Of a stretch of 64,000 bases of DNA, positions 48,388 to 57,702 are shown in pieces. A program made the position numbers and the translations under genes. The stretch is from assembly GCA_963794325.1 (NCBI GenBank), contig CAWCDG010000002.1, positions 128,001 through 192,000 of the forward strand. Reading direction: 5' to 3'. Position 1 is the stretch's first letter. Every line of letters starts with the position of its first letter. The stretch is from an uncultured delta proteobacterium (lineage in GTDB: Bacteria; Desulfobacterota; Binatia; Binatales; Binataceae). The notes under the pieces were generated by a model, which was not told the origin of the DNA, did no database searches, and saw only the letters and a program-made list of their open reading frames with translations.

Positions 48388-50751
48388 ATGGATCGGGCGA
48401 AGGCAGAAGAGCGTCGCGCACGGCGCTGGTTCGAACTGGAGCCCTCCGCAGTCGAACGACTTGAACTGCAAACCTCGCCGCGCGTCTCGACCGTCGCCAG
48501 CTACGTCTTCACGCGCGCGGCCGAACGCTCGTGGGAAGTTCTCAATCAGCATCTCAACGGGCCGCAAGGCGGAGTGTTCTGGATCAGCGGGCCGGCGGGA
48601 TGCGGCAAGACGCATTTCCTTGACTATGTGATCGCGCTGCTGAGGCGGGCGGGCGCGCTCGACGCACAGAACGCTCGACGGCTGGTGTGCGGGCTCGAGG
48701 TTGCCGGGCGGATAACCGGCACGGAGGTCGAGCTGTTCCTGCTCAGCGTCCTGGCGGAACAAATCGGCGGCGATCCGCGATCCAACGATCTATTCCGCCA
48801 GATGCGCGGCGCGGCCGCCTTGAATGTCGCATTGGAAGCCGCGCGGCGGACCAACATCAGGGCGGTGACGGTCGCGATTGATTTTGGCACGTCGCATTTC
48901 GAGGCCACTTCGGAGTTTTTCGCGATGCTGGCGCAGGTCGCCGAGTCCTTCCGCCAGGTAAAGTTCACCGTGATTGCGGCTAGTCGCGCGACGGCTCCAG
49001 AGGTGACGAGTCCGCTGCTGGTTGCGCCACGCGATCCGAACGAGGAGACGACTATTGCGGTGCGGCGCGCGCGGCGGCTGCTCGAGGATGCGGAATTCGA
49101 TGCCGAGCGCACGTATGCGGGAATCGACACGGGGGGACTGGCGCCCGGCGCGATCTTCCCCTTCCATCCCGCAGCACTCAAAGCACTTCGCGCAATCGCC
49201 AATCGGCCAGTTGCTAACGGCACAGGTTTCGATCGTGCGGATATCGTGTCGTTGTCGCGGTTGGCGCGTGAAGTATTGGCGTCGTCATCGAGCGGCGCTG
49301 ATTTGCCGGCGCGCTTGATCTATCCGCCGGACCTGACGATGAATGCGGAGATCGCAAAGCTGCTCACTGTTCTACTGGATGAGGCTGGACGAGCAGCGTG
49401 GAAGATTGCGCGCGACGCAATCGCCGGTTTCGATACGTACGAGAAAGACCTCGCTCGCGAGATCGTCGACTCATTGATCGTCGAGCGCGTATGCGGTGAT
49501 ACGGCGGCGCTCCCGATCGACCAGCTGAAGTCGCGAATGCCGATCCTCGCGTACAGCGCGTCCGAGAACGGGCGGGCGACCCCGGCCGTCCGCGATTTGT
49601 TGCGCCGCCTGGAGGTTTCCACTGGCGGCGTGATCCGATTGGAAACCGATTCTGCCTGGTTCGATCCGGAGGCGGCGGGCGCGCCCGAGCTTGCGGTCTT
49701 CAACACCGCGCTCGCGCTGGCGCGCCGATTCGATCCGCGGCTTACGACCGCGCGCGATCGTGCAGATCTGGATGCGCGCCACAATCGACTCGACAGTTCG
49801 ATGGCGCTCGCGGTCGAGGGCGCGGTACGTACGCGCGAGGTGCTTGCGTCGGCGCTTAGAGAGGCTGGTCTTGAAATGCCCGCGGCGAATACTACGGCGA
49901 TCGAGCAGTATATCGCGCTGGCGGAATCGGGCGCGGCAGCGATGCTCGAAGCGGCTGCGGATCGATCGTATCTGGAGTCGGCAATCCAGATCGCCGGCGC
50001 ATACGAAATACTGGCTGCCGCGGCTGAATCGATCCCGCGGATGCGCGCGATGCGCGACTACCTGGCGGCGACCAGCTTGCGCGCTTCGCCGGACGAAGGC
50101 GGCGGCATCAGGCGAGAGCCGGCTATCACTTCGCTCGAAACCGAATGCGAGCTGCTCCGAGTCGAGCTTGGCCCGCGAATTCTGACCGGACCGCCGCGCA
50201 GCCTCGATGCATTGGAAGCTCGTTTTCAGAAATTCAAATGGACCTACGTTCAGTGCTACCTGAGCGCGCATGCACGATGGATTGAAAAGATGGAGCGGTT
50301 CGAACTGGCGGCGAACGACGCGCGCCGGTACTTCGGCGCGCTCGCGCGGCTCAACGCGATCCCAGCCTTGGGGCTCCCGGTGGGCGCGCTTCTTGGCGCG
50401 CGACTAGCGCAGGTGAGCGGGCGCGTCGCGCGCTGCGAACTGGGAGACGCAATCGCGCCCGAGACGATGCCGCGATGCCCGAGTTGCCGGTTTCAGCTCG
50501 GCGCGTCGTCGCCACAACCGGAACTCGAAGATGCGATGGAGGCAATTCGGCGCGCGCTAGAGATTAAACTGGCGGCGTTATCGCAAAGCATGATCGCGCG
50601 GCTGATTCGCAATCACGACAAGGAACATCGCCTCGAAGGATTTCTGAAAATCACCCAGGCCGCGCAGACCGACGCGCTCGTCCGAGTGCTCGACGACAAG
50701 CTCGCGCGGTATCTGTCGCAGGTGCTGGAAGAAAACGGTAGACAAGTTTGA
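48388..50751 (+). CDS. Large P-loop protein resembling DUF6079/BrxC-type ATPases
   Basis: FWISGPAGCGKTHFL Walker A; FPFHP motif; long helical region; C-terminal C...CPSCRF. Confidence 0.6.
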   Translation: MDRAKAEERRARRWFELEPSAVERLELQTSPRVSTVASYVFTRAAERSWEVLNQHLNGPQGGVFWISGPAGCGKTHFLDYVIALLRRAGALDAQNARRLVCGLEVAGRITGTEVELFLLSVLAEQIGGDPRSNDLFRQMRGAAALNVALEAARRTNIRAVTVAIDFGTSHFEATSEFFAMLAQVAESFRQVKFTVIAASRATAPEVTSPLLVAPRDPNEETTIAVRRARRLLEDAEFDAERTYAGIDTGGLAPGAIFPFHPAALKALRAIANRPVANGTGFDRADIVSLSRLAREVLASSSSGADLPARLIYPPDLTMNAEIAKLLTVLLDEAGRAAWKIARDAIAGFDTYEKDLAREIVDSLIVERVCGDTAALPIDQLKSRMPILAYSASENGRATPAVRDLLRRLEVSTGGVIRLETDSAWFDPEAAGAPELAVFNTALALARRFDPRLTTARDRADLDARHNRLDSSMALAVEGAVRTREVLASALREAGLEMPAANTTAIEQYIALAESGAAAMLEAAADRSYLESAIQIAGAYEILAAAAESIPRMRAMRDYLAATSLRASPDEGGGIRREPAITSLETECELLRVELGPRILTGPPRSLDALEARFQKFKWTYVQCYLSAHARWIEKMERFELAANDARRYFGALARLNAIPALGLPVGALLGARLAQVSGRVARCELGDAIAPETMPRCPSCRFQLGASSPQPELEDAMEAIRRALEIKLAALSQSMIARLIRNHDKEHRLEGFLKITQAAQTDALVRVLDDKLARYLSQVLEENGRQV

Positions 50752-50988
50752 TCCTACCTCTCCTTGTCCGAGGAGAGGTCGGCGCGCGCCGAAGGAGCGC
50801 GACGGGAGTGGTGCAACGCCGGCCGTCGCACCAACGCTTGTTGTTGCGCTGCTGTCGAGCGGCGAACTTGCGTATCTGCATAGCGATTAAACGAGTCGGG
50901 GTTGGCGACGTGTCGCGCGCTGCACCACTCCCGGCGACACCGCTTCGCGGCTTTCGCCGACCTCTCCTCGGACAAGGAGAGGTTAGGA
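50751..50988. mobile_element. Family-D MITE-like element, opposite orientation to the 32181 copy
   Basis: Same terminal and inner inverted repeats; begins at the last base of the upstream stop codon. Confidence 0.88.
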
Positions 50989-50999
50989 CACGGAACGGA

Positions 51000-51251
51000 C
51001 TAGCGGGCCGGGGTGATGCGTTGCTTTTTGGGCTGGCCGGGAGGAAATGCACTCGCGCGTTTGTGGCGCGGGCGCACGTTGAAACGATCGAGCTGGCGAA
51101 AGTACGCGTCGCGCACGATCTCGAGGCCCCACAGCAAAGTCAGGCCCAATGTGCGGCCAACTCCACCGACGACTTCCAATATGAGAGGCAGGCCGCGCAG
51201 CGGCTCGATCGGAACGTCAACCCGCGCTTTTTCTTGAGTGGTTTCCATCAA
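51000..51251 (-). CDS. Small hypothetical protein
   Basis: 83-aa ATG ORF with a hydrophobic core filling the gap downstream of a co-oriented gene. Confidence 0.5.
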   Translation of the reverse strand: MMETTQEKARVDVPIEPLRGLPLILEVVGGVGRTLGLTLLWGLEIVRDAYFRQLDRFNVRPRHKRASAFPPGQPKKQRITPAR

Positions 51252-51313
51252 GCTTCAGAGTAAGTTGCCAGGCGCCCGCATGCAACCCACGTCGCGAGCG
51301 CCTGGCCAGATTG

Positions 51314-52108
51314 CTACGGCGACGAAGATGCAGCGGGCGCGGGAGTTGGTGCGGTCTCGCCGGCTCCGATGACCGTGAGTTTCACGTCGTCGAATTCCGC
51401 CTGCGAATCGTCGGCTGCCCAGAGCCCGATCTTGCCCTTGGCGATTTTGTTGTCGTCGAAATCGAAGATCATCTTGTCATTGTCGTAGCACGAGAAGTGG
51501 CCACCCTGCGCAGTCACCTTGAGCCTGTACCAGGTGGCTTTGTCGGTGGGCACGACGTTCTGCTTGAGATTGTTCAGCACACCGTTGGTCACCCGCGAAA
51601 GAGCGAAGTAATCGCTGGGGCATCCGGCGGAGAGCAGGTAGAAATTCTTGTCGTCGACATAACGGAAGATGAGACCGCCGGAACAATCGAAACGTCCGCC
51701 GACGGATTGGAACTGAGCTTCGAGGGTAAAGTCCGAATACTCAGTCGGATCGGTTTCAATTGCGATTGGATAGTACGCGAGCAAACCGGTCAGCGACTTG
51801 AGCATGCGCCCGGCCGGCAAACCGAACACGTTGGGCTTGCTGGGCGCGCTGGGATCAGCAATCACCTGCCAATCACCTTCAATCGCTTTCCATCCCGCGG
51901 CCATTTCGCCGGCCTTGTCCGAATCGAAATTCCAGAGGTGAACTTCGGGAGTCGGGGTGGGCGTCGGCGTCAAAGTTTCGGTGGGCGTCACCTCTGCCTT
52001 TTTCTTTTTTCCTTTCGAATAAGCGGCCGGGCTGACGACCAGCACCATCATCACCAGGCCCGCTGCAATGACTGCGGCGCTTCGCAGCCAGTAATTTTGC
52101 GTCTTCAT
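51314..52108 (-). CDS. Secreted DUF1080/ConA-like beta-sandwich protein
   Basis: Signal peptide; PT linker; GGLIFRYVD..NFY; GKIGLW....AEFDDV; GAGAGG RBS. Confidence 0.8.
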   Translation of the reverse strand: MKTQNYWLRSAAVIAAGLVMMVLVVSPAAYSKGKKKKAEVTPTETLTPTPTPTPEVHLWNFDSDKAGEMAAGWKAIEGDWQVIADPSAPSKPNVFGLPAGRMLKSLTGLLAYYPIAIETDPTEYSDFTLEAQFQSVGGRFDCSGGLIFRYVDDKNFYLLSAGCPSDYFALSRVTNGVLNNLKQNVVPTDKATWYRLKVTAQGGHFSCYDNDKMIFDFDDNKIAKGKIGLWAADDSQAEFDDVKLTVIGAGETAPTPAPAASSSP

Positions 52109-52369
52109 CTATCCTCTCTCTGCTCCGATGAGCTGGAATCCAGTTGAAGTGGAGCGACGACCGAATCGGCGCGAGTTTCGCCAATGAACGGCGTCGCTGT
52201 CAAGCTGATGTTTTTCGCGGTGAACGCGGAGGCAGCCGCAATACTCCATTGCTTACACAAGATGACCCTCGCGTTGAATAGCCAGTCCGATTTCTATTTT
52301 CGCTTTTTCTTCGTAACTGACTATTCGCGCCAATAGTCAGTTTATTACATCTGATGACGCCCGATTTGC

Positions 52370-52412
52370 TTGACTGTGGTGGGACAGAGTGGGATGTTGT
52401 GGAGCTCTGGGG
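52370..52412 (+). promoter_or_regulatory. mraZ promoter with MraZ-binding direct repeats
   Basis: TTGACT at 52370; GTGG boxes at 52379, 52389, 52399 with exact 10-bp period. Confidence 0.75.
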
Positions 52413-52423
52413 AGGGGACGCCG

Positions 52424-52873
52424 GTGTTTAATGGTCGATTCGACCATGCGATCGATGAAAAAGGTCGGGTAAGTATCCCGGCTCGTTTTCGCGAATCTCT
52501 TCAGCGCGAAAATCACGATCGACTTTATATCACGAATTTTCTCTACGCCGGAGAGCGATGTCTGTCGCTGTACCCGCCCAGTCAGTGGGACACGCTCAAC
52601 GCGACTCTGCGCAGCAAGCCAAGATTCGATCCGCGGGTGCAGGCGTTTGAAACATTTTTCATCGGTGGAGCTCATGAAGTGCCGGTCGATCGGCAGGGGC
52701 GGCTTCTCATCCCGACGACGCTGCGCAACTTCGCGCGGCTGGATCGCGAGGTGACGTTTTCCGCGCGGCAGGATCATTTTCAACTTTGGGACAAAAAGAT
52801 CCTCGACAAGGTTTTGAAGGTTGCCGAGGAAACGATCATGGATCCCGAATTTTTCGAGAAGCTTGGTCTCTGA
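52424..52873 (+). CDS. mraZ: Division/cell wall cluster repressor MraZ
   Basis: DEKGRVSIPARFR and DRQGRLLIP; first gene of the dcw cluster. Confidence 0.95.
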   Translation: MFNGRFDHAIDEKGRVSIPARFRESLQRENHDRLYITNFLYAGERCLSLYPPSQWDTLNATLRSKPRFDPRVQAFETFFIGGAHEVPVDRQGRLLIPTTLRNFARLDREVTFSARQDHFQLWDKKILDKVLKVAEETIMDPEFFEKLGL

Positions 52874-52887
52874 TCGGCAGTGACAGA

Positions 52888-53808
52888 ATGAATCTGGCAG
52901 TGAGATACGAAGACGACGCAGCGGACCGGAGGCATGTGCCGGTGATGGTGGAGGAGGTGTGCGGGCTGTTGTCCGCACACGGTCCGCTCGCGTTCGTCGA
53001 CGTGACTGTGGGGACGGGTGGGCATGCGGCGGCGATGCTACGCGCGACCAAGGCGCGGATGCTCGGGCTGGATCGCGACGCGGCGGCGCTGGCCGTCGCG
53101 CGCGACCGGCTGGTGGAGTTCGGCGATAGGGTCGTGCTTGAGCGCGCGGACTTCGGCGAGATTGCGGCCGTCATGAAGCAGCATCACTTCGACGGCGCTG
53201 ACGCGATACTCGCCGATCTCGGCATGAGCAGCTACGCGCTCGACGATCCTCAGCGCGGGTTTTCGTTCCGGCTCGACGGTCCGCTCGACATGCGGATGGA
53301 CGATCGGCAAACACTGCAAGCGAAAGACATTGTCAATGAAGAGAGCGCCGAGGAAATCGCGCGCATCATCTATACCTACGGCGAGGAGCGCGGCTCGCGG
53401 CGGATAGCGCGGCTGATCGTCGAGGCACGGCGGCGCGGTCCAATCGAGACCACTGGCGAATTGCGCGCGATCGTCGAGCGGGCTCTGGGAGCGCATCGGC
53501 GCGGTGGAGCGCATCCGGCAACGCGGACCTTTCAGGCGCTGCGAATCGCCGTGAATCACGAAATGGAAAGTCTCGCGGCGCTTTTGCGCGACGGTCCCGC
53601 GATGCTCAATCCCGGCGGCCGGATGCTGGTCATCTCGTATCACTCGCTCGAAGATCGACCGGTCAAGGAGCGCTTCCGCGAGCTCGCGCATACAACAGAT
53701 TACACGGCGATCGCGCGCAAGGTGATCAAGCCGTCGTCGGCGGAGACCTCGCGCAATCCACGCGCACGCAGCGCGAAAGTGCGATGCATCGAACGGAGCC
53801 CACGATGA
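52888..53808 (+). CDS. rsmH: 16S rRNA m4C1402 methyltransferase
   Basis: HVPVM, G.GGHA, DLGMSS, GPLDMRMD, FQALRIAVN.E, HSLEDR, RARSAK. Confidence 0.97.
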   Translation: MNLAVRYEDDAADRRHVPVMVEEVCGLLSAHGPLAFVDVTVGTGGHAAAMLRATKARMLGLDRDAAALAVARDRLVEFGDRVVLERADFGEIAAVMKQHHFDGADAILADLGMSSYALDDPQRGFSFRLDGPLDMRMDDRQTLQAKDIVNEESAEEIARIIYTYGEERGSRRIARLIVEARRRGPIETTGELRAIVERALGAHRRGGAHPATRTFQALRIAVNHEMESLAALLRDGPAMLNPGGRMLVISYHSLEDRPVKERFRELAHTTDYTAIARKVIKPSSAETSRNPRARSAKVRCIERSPR

Positions 53809-54092
53809 GCCCGCGAGTAAAACCGACGCGGCGGCCCTCGAAGGTAGTGCCGGCGATACTGGGCGCGCTGATCGCGATCGTGGGATTCGCGACGCTGATG
53901 ACGCGGCTGCAAATGACGCAGGAAGGCTACCGGCTTTCCGCGCTGCACGATGAAATCGCGAAACTGCAGGACGAAAATCGCGAGCTGCGCCTGACCGCGG
54001 CTCAGCTCAGTTCGCACGAGAGGCTGCGCGCACTCGCGCCGCAGTATCATCTCGCGCCGCCCGGCCGCGGGCAGGTGGTGATGCTCCCATGA
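53805..54092 (+). CDS. ftsL: Cell division protein FtsL
   Basis: Single TM plus coiled coil; lies between rsmH and ftsI. Confidence 0.8.
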   Translation: MSPRVKPTRRPSKVVPAILGALIAIVGFATLMTRLQMTQEGYRLSALHDEIAKLQDENRELRLTAAQLSSHERLRALAPQYHLAPPGRGQVVMLP

Positions 54093-56167
54093 ATACATCG
54101 TTCAAGCAGCGGCGGGCGCGAATCGGAGCACTCACGTTGACGTTGGCGGCGCTGTTCGGACTCGCGGTGATTCGGCTGGTGGTGCTGGTGGCGCTGTACG
54201 GGCCGAAGTTGAACTCCCTGGCGCATAACGAGCACACCGGTGAAACCCAACTCGCAGCGGTGCGCGGACCGATCGTCGATCGCAACGGCGTGCCGCTCGC
54301 GCTCTCGGCGGAGACCCGATCAGTTTACGCGCGGCCGAAGAAGGTGATCGAGTCGAGCACGCCGGCCGAGCGCGGCAAGCTGGCGGCGATCCTGATGATG
54401 ATGCCGATTTCGCTTGAATCGAAATTGAACAACGCGTCGCCGTTTGTATGGCTCGAGCGCCGGATTTCACCGGACAAGGCGCAGGCGGCGGAAGCGCTGG
54501 GCATCGACGGCATCGGCACGATTAGCGAATACAAGCGGTTTTATCCGGAGAGCAACCTGGCCGCGTCGGTGGTGGGGCTGGCTGGGATGGACGGCCAGGG
54601 GCTCTCCGGATTGGAACTGCAATACGACAAGATTGCGCGCGGCGAAGCGGTCGAGCTGAGCTTCGATCACGACGCGCAGGGGCATCCGATATTCGACAGC
54701 CCGCTCGCGCTCAAGGCGCCGGAGCCGGGCGCGCAGCTCGAGTTGACGATCGACTCGTCGATCCAATCGCTGGCCGAAACCGAATTGGCGGCGGAAGTGA
54801 AGGCGAGCGGCGCGAAGCGGGGCAGCGTCATCGTGCTCGATCCGTTTACCGGCGAAGTCATGGCGATGGCGAACGAAAGCGCCGACGGCGCCAGCCTTCA
54901 TGACCGGCTGCATAATCCGGCGGTCGAGGACGCGTTCGAGCCGGGATCGACGATGAAGGGGATTCTCGGATCGATTGCGCTGGCCGATCACGCGATCACT
55001 ACCGACAAACAATTTTTTTGCGAGAACGGGCATTTTACGATCGACCGGCACACGATTCACGATCACAGCCCTCACGGATGGCTGAATCTCGGCGGGATCA
55101 TCGAAGTGTCGTCGAATATCGGCGCGTCGAAGATTGCGCTGACGCTCGGCTCGCAGCGTTACTACGACGGTCTGCGGGCGTTTGGAATCGGATCGCGCAC
55201 CGGAATCGATCTGCCGGGTGAAGCCGGCGGATTGCTGAACAAGCCGGCCGGATGGAAGCAGATCGATCTCGCCAATCATGGTTTCGGGCAGGGCGTGGCG
55301 GTCACTCCGATTCAGCTTGCGGTCGCATACGCGGCAATCGCGAACGGTGGAAATATTGTGCGGCCTTACGTCGTGAAGGCTGCCTACGACGCTGAGGGAC
55401 GCGCGATACTCACGCATACGCCACAGGTATTGCGACGTGCGATCGCGCCAGATATCGCGCATCAGATGAATCTGCTGCTGCGCAACGTCGTCATGTCCGA
55501 TGGCGGCACGGCGGCGAAGGCGCGCGTTGACGGATTTATTGTCGCGGGCAAAACTGGCACAGCGCAGATGGTGAATCCGGAAAACGGCACCTACTATCAG
55601 AATCGGCACGTCTCGTCGTTCGTGGGATTTTTGCCGGCAGACGATCCGCGGCTGCTTATCCTGGTAGCGCTGTATGACGTCGGTCACGAGCACTTTGGCG
55701 GCTTGATCGCGGCGCCGGTGTTCAGTGAAATCGCGCAGGGCGCCGTTCGTGATTTGAATATCACCGCGCCCGGCGAGCCCACCGATACTGCCAGCATGAT
55801 CCCGATGCCCGATTTCGGCAAAGATTCGAACGGCAAAACTCCGACAACAGCAGTTGCAGATCCCGACGACTATCTGCCGGTGCTGACGGGATCGAAGCTG
55901 ACGCGCGCGACGCCGAATTTTGCGGGGCTCAGTCTCAGGCGCGCGATGGAACTGGCGCGCGTCTCGCGGGTCAACGTCGATGTGCACGGCGGCGGCTATG
56001 TCGTCGCGCAGGAGCCGAGCGCTGGTGCTCCGCTCAATCATGCGACGGTGAAATTGACACTGGCTGCGATTGTTGCGGACAGTGGAGTCGAGACGGCGGC
56101 GGATTCCAGCGTCGTGCCCGCATCGTATTTCAGTGGCGGCGGTGTATCGCCCGTCAGGCGAAAGTGA
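54089..56167 (+). CDS. ftsI: Class B penicillin-binding protein (PBP3) with C-terminal PASTA-like domain
   Basis: RGPIVDRNG, EPGSTMK (SxxK), SSN, KTGTAQ. Confidence 0.95.
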   Translation: MNTSFKQRRARIGALTLTLAALFGLAVIRLVVLVALYGPKLNSLAHNEHTGETQLAAVRGPIVDRNGVPLALSAETRSVYARPKKVIESSTPAERGKLAAILMMMPISLESKLNNASPFVWLERRISPDKAQAAEALGIDGIGTISEYKRFYPESNLAASVVGLAGMDGQGLSGLELQYDKIARGEAVELSFDHDAQGHPIFDSPLALKAPEPGAQLELTIDSSIQSLAETELAAEVKASGAKRGSVIVLDPFTGEVMAMANESADGASLHDRLHNPAVEDAFEPGSTMKGILGSIALADHAITTDKQFFCENGHFTIDRHTIHDHSPHGWLNLGGIIEVSSNIGASKIALTLGSQRYYDGLRAFGIGSRTGIDLPGEAGGLLNKPAGWKQIDLANHGFGQGVAVTPIQLAVAYAAIANGGNIVRPYVVKAAYDAEGRAILTHTPQVLRRAIAPDIAHQMNLLLRNVVMSDGGTAAKARVDGFIVAGKTGTAQMVNPENGTYYQNRHVSSFVGFLPADDPRLLILVALYDVGHEHFGGLIAAPVFSEIAQGAVRDLNITAPGEPTDTASMIPMPDFGKDSNGKTPTTAVADPDDYLPVLTGSKLTRATPNFAGLSLRRAMELARVSRVNVDVHGGGYVVAQEPSAGAPLNHATVKLTLAAIVADSGVETAADSSVVPASYFSGGGVSPVRRK

Positions 56168-57684
56168 AACTTGGTGAACTGCTCGAAGGACTCGACGTCC
56201 GTCGAATCGACGGCGACCTGAACGTGGAAATCACGGGCCTCAGTTACGACTCGCGTCAGACGAGGCCCGGTCATCTGTACTTCTCGACGGCCCGCGATGC
56301 GACGCGCAACCGGGCCAACATTGACGATGCATTAAACCGTGGGGCGCGCGCTGTGGTGGTTGGTGGTTGGGCAGGTGGAACAGCGCGCCCCGCGGTGACC
56401 ATGGTGGGGAGCGAGCGGCCGCGCCTGTTGATGGGCGCGGCCGCGTCGCGATTTTTCGGAGCGCCGAGCGAGCGCGTCGATTTGATCGGCATCACCGGGA
56501 CCAGCGGAAAGACCACGACCAGTTACATACTCGCGTCGATTTTCGAAGCGGCCGGGATGCCCGCCGGAATCATCGGCACCATCGGAATTTTCATCAGCGG
56601 CAAGAAAATTTACAGCGGACTCACCACGCCTGAATCGATCGATTTCGAATCCGCGCTGGCGCAGATGGAGCATGAGGGCGTGCGTCATGCAATTGCCGAG
56701 GTGTCGTCGCAGGGAATCGCGGAAGGGCGGGTCGAAGCGCTGAACTTTCGCGCATGCATGTTCACCAACCTTGGTCGCGACCATCTGGACTATCACAAGA
56801 CGATCGAAGATTACTTCGCGGCGAAGTTGCGGCTTTTCACTGAGATCCTCCCGCGAAGCAAACGCACAGACACGGTAGCGGTCGTTCGCGGCGACGATCC
56901 GTTTGGGCGCCGCGTGCTCGAAGCGGTGAAGGGATCGAAAATAAGTTTCGGGATGGACCGTTCTCTCGACGTGCATCCCGAGAAATTCGATGCGGACCTT
57001 AGCGGGATTCGCGCGACGCTGTCGGTGCTCGGCAAAAAAATCGAAATCGAGTCGCCGCTGATCGGCGAGATCAACTTGCTCAATATTCTGGGCGCGGCTG
57101 GCGTGTCGGCGGCCCTGGGTATCGATATGGGCGCGGCGGCGGTTGGGGTGCGACGATGCCCCGGGGCCCCTGGCAGGCTCGAAGCGGTCGCGGCGAAATC
57201 CGGTGTCACGGTGCTGGTCGATTACGCGCACAAGCCGGACGCCCTCGATGCGGTGCTGACTGCGCTTCGGCGTTTGCGCGCGGGCAGAATAATTTGCGTA
57301 TTTGGATGCGGTGGAGATCGCGACCGCGGCAAGCGTCCGATCATGGGTGAGATTGCGGGGCGCCTTGCCGATATCCCGATTCTCACTTCCGACAATCCAC
57401 GCACCGAAGATCCACTGGCGATAATCGCCGAAGTCGAGCAAGGTTTGGTCGCGTCCGGACGTGCGCGAAGCGATGACTCGTCGACGGCTGGCGGATATAT
57501 CGTGGAGCCTGATCGGCGCAAGGCCATCGCGATCGCGATACGAATCGCGGCGGCGGGTGACGCGGTTTTGATCGCAGGCAAAGGACACGAGGATTATCAG
57601 TTGGTGGCGGGCCGCGTGCTCCCGTTCGACGATCGGGTCGTGGTCCGCGAGATTGCCGCCGAACTCGGCGGCGGGCAGAGTTGA
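56164..57684 (+). CDS. murE: UDP-MurNAc-tripeptide synthetase (meso-DAP-adding)
   Basis: GTSGKTT, EVSS, DHLDYH, DYAHKPD, DNPR, AGKGHE. Confidence 0.97.
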   Translation: MKLGELLEGLDVRRIDGDLNVEITGLSYDSRQTRPGHLYFSTARDATRNRANIDDALNRGARAVVVGGWAGGTARPAVTMVGSERPRLLMGAAASRFFGAPSERVDLIGITGTSGKTTTSYILASIFEAAGMPAGIIGTIGIFISGKKIYSGLTTPESIDFESALAQMEHEGVRHAIAEVSSQGIAEGRVEALNFRACMFTNLGRDHLDYHKTIEDYFAAKLRLFTEILPRSKRTDTVAVVRGDDPFGRRVLEAVKGSKISFGMDRSLDVHPEKFDADLSGIRATLSVLGKKIEIESPLIGEINLLNILGAAGVSAALGIDMGAAAVGVRRCPGAPGRLEAVAAKSGVTVLVDYAHKPDALDAVLTALRRLRAGRIICVFGCGGDRDRGKRPIMGEIAGRLADIPILTSDNPRTEDPLAIIAEVEQGLVASGRARSDDSSTAGGYIVEPDRRKAIAIAIRIAAAGDAVLIAGKGHEDYQLVAGRVLPFDDRVVVREIAAELGGGQS

Positions 57685-57702
57685 GATTCGGCGAGCGTTG
57701 CG

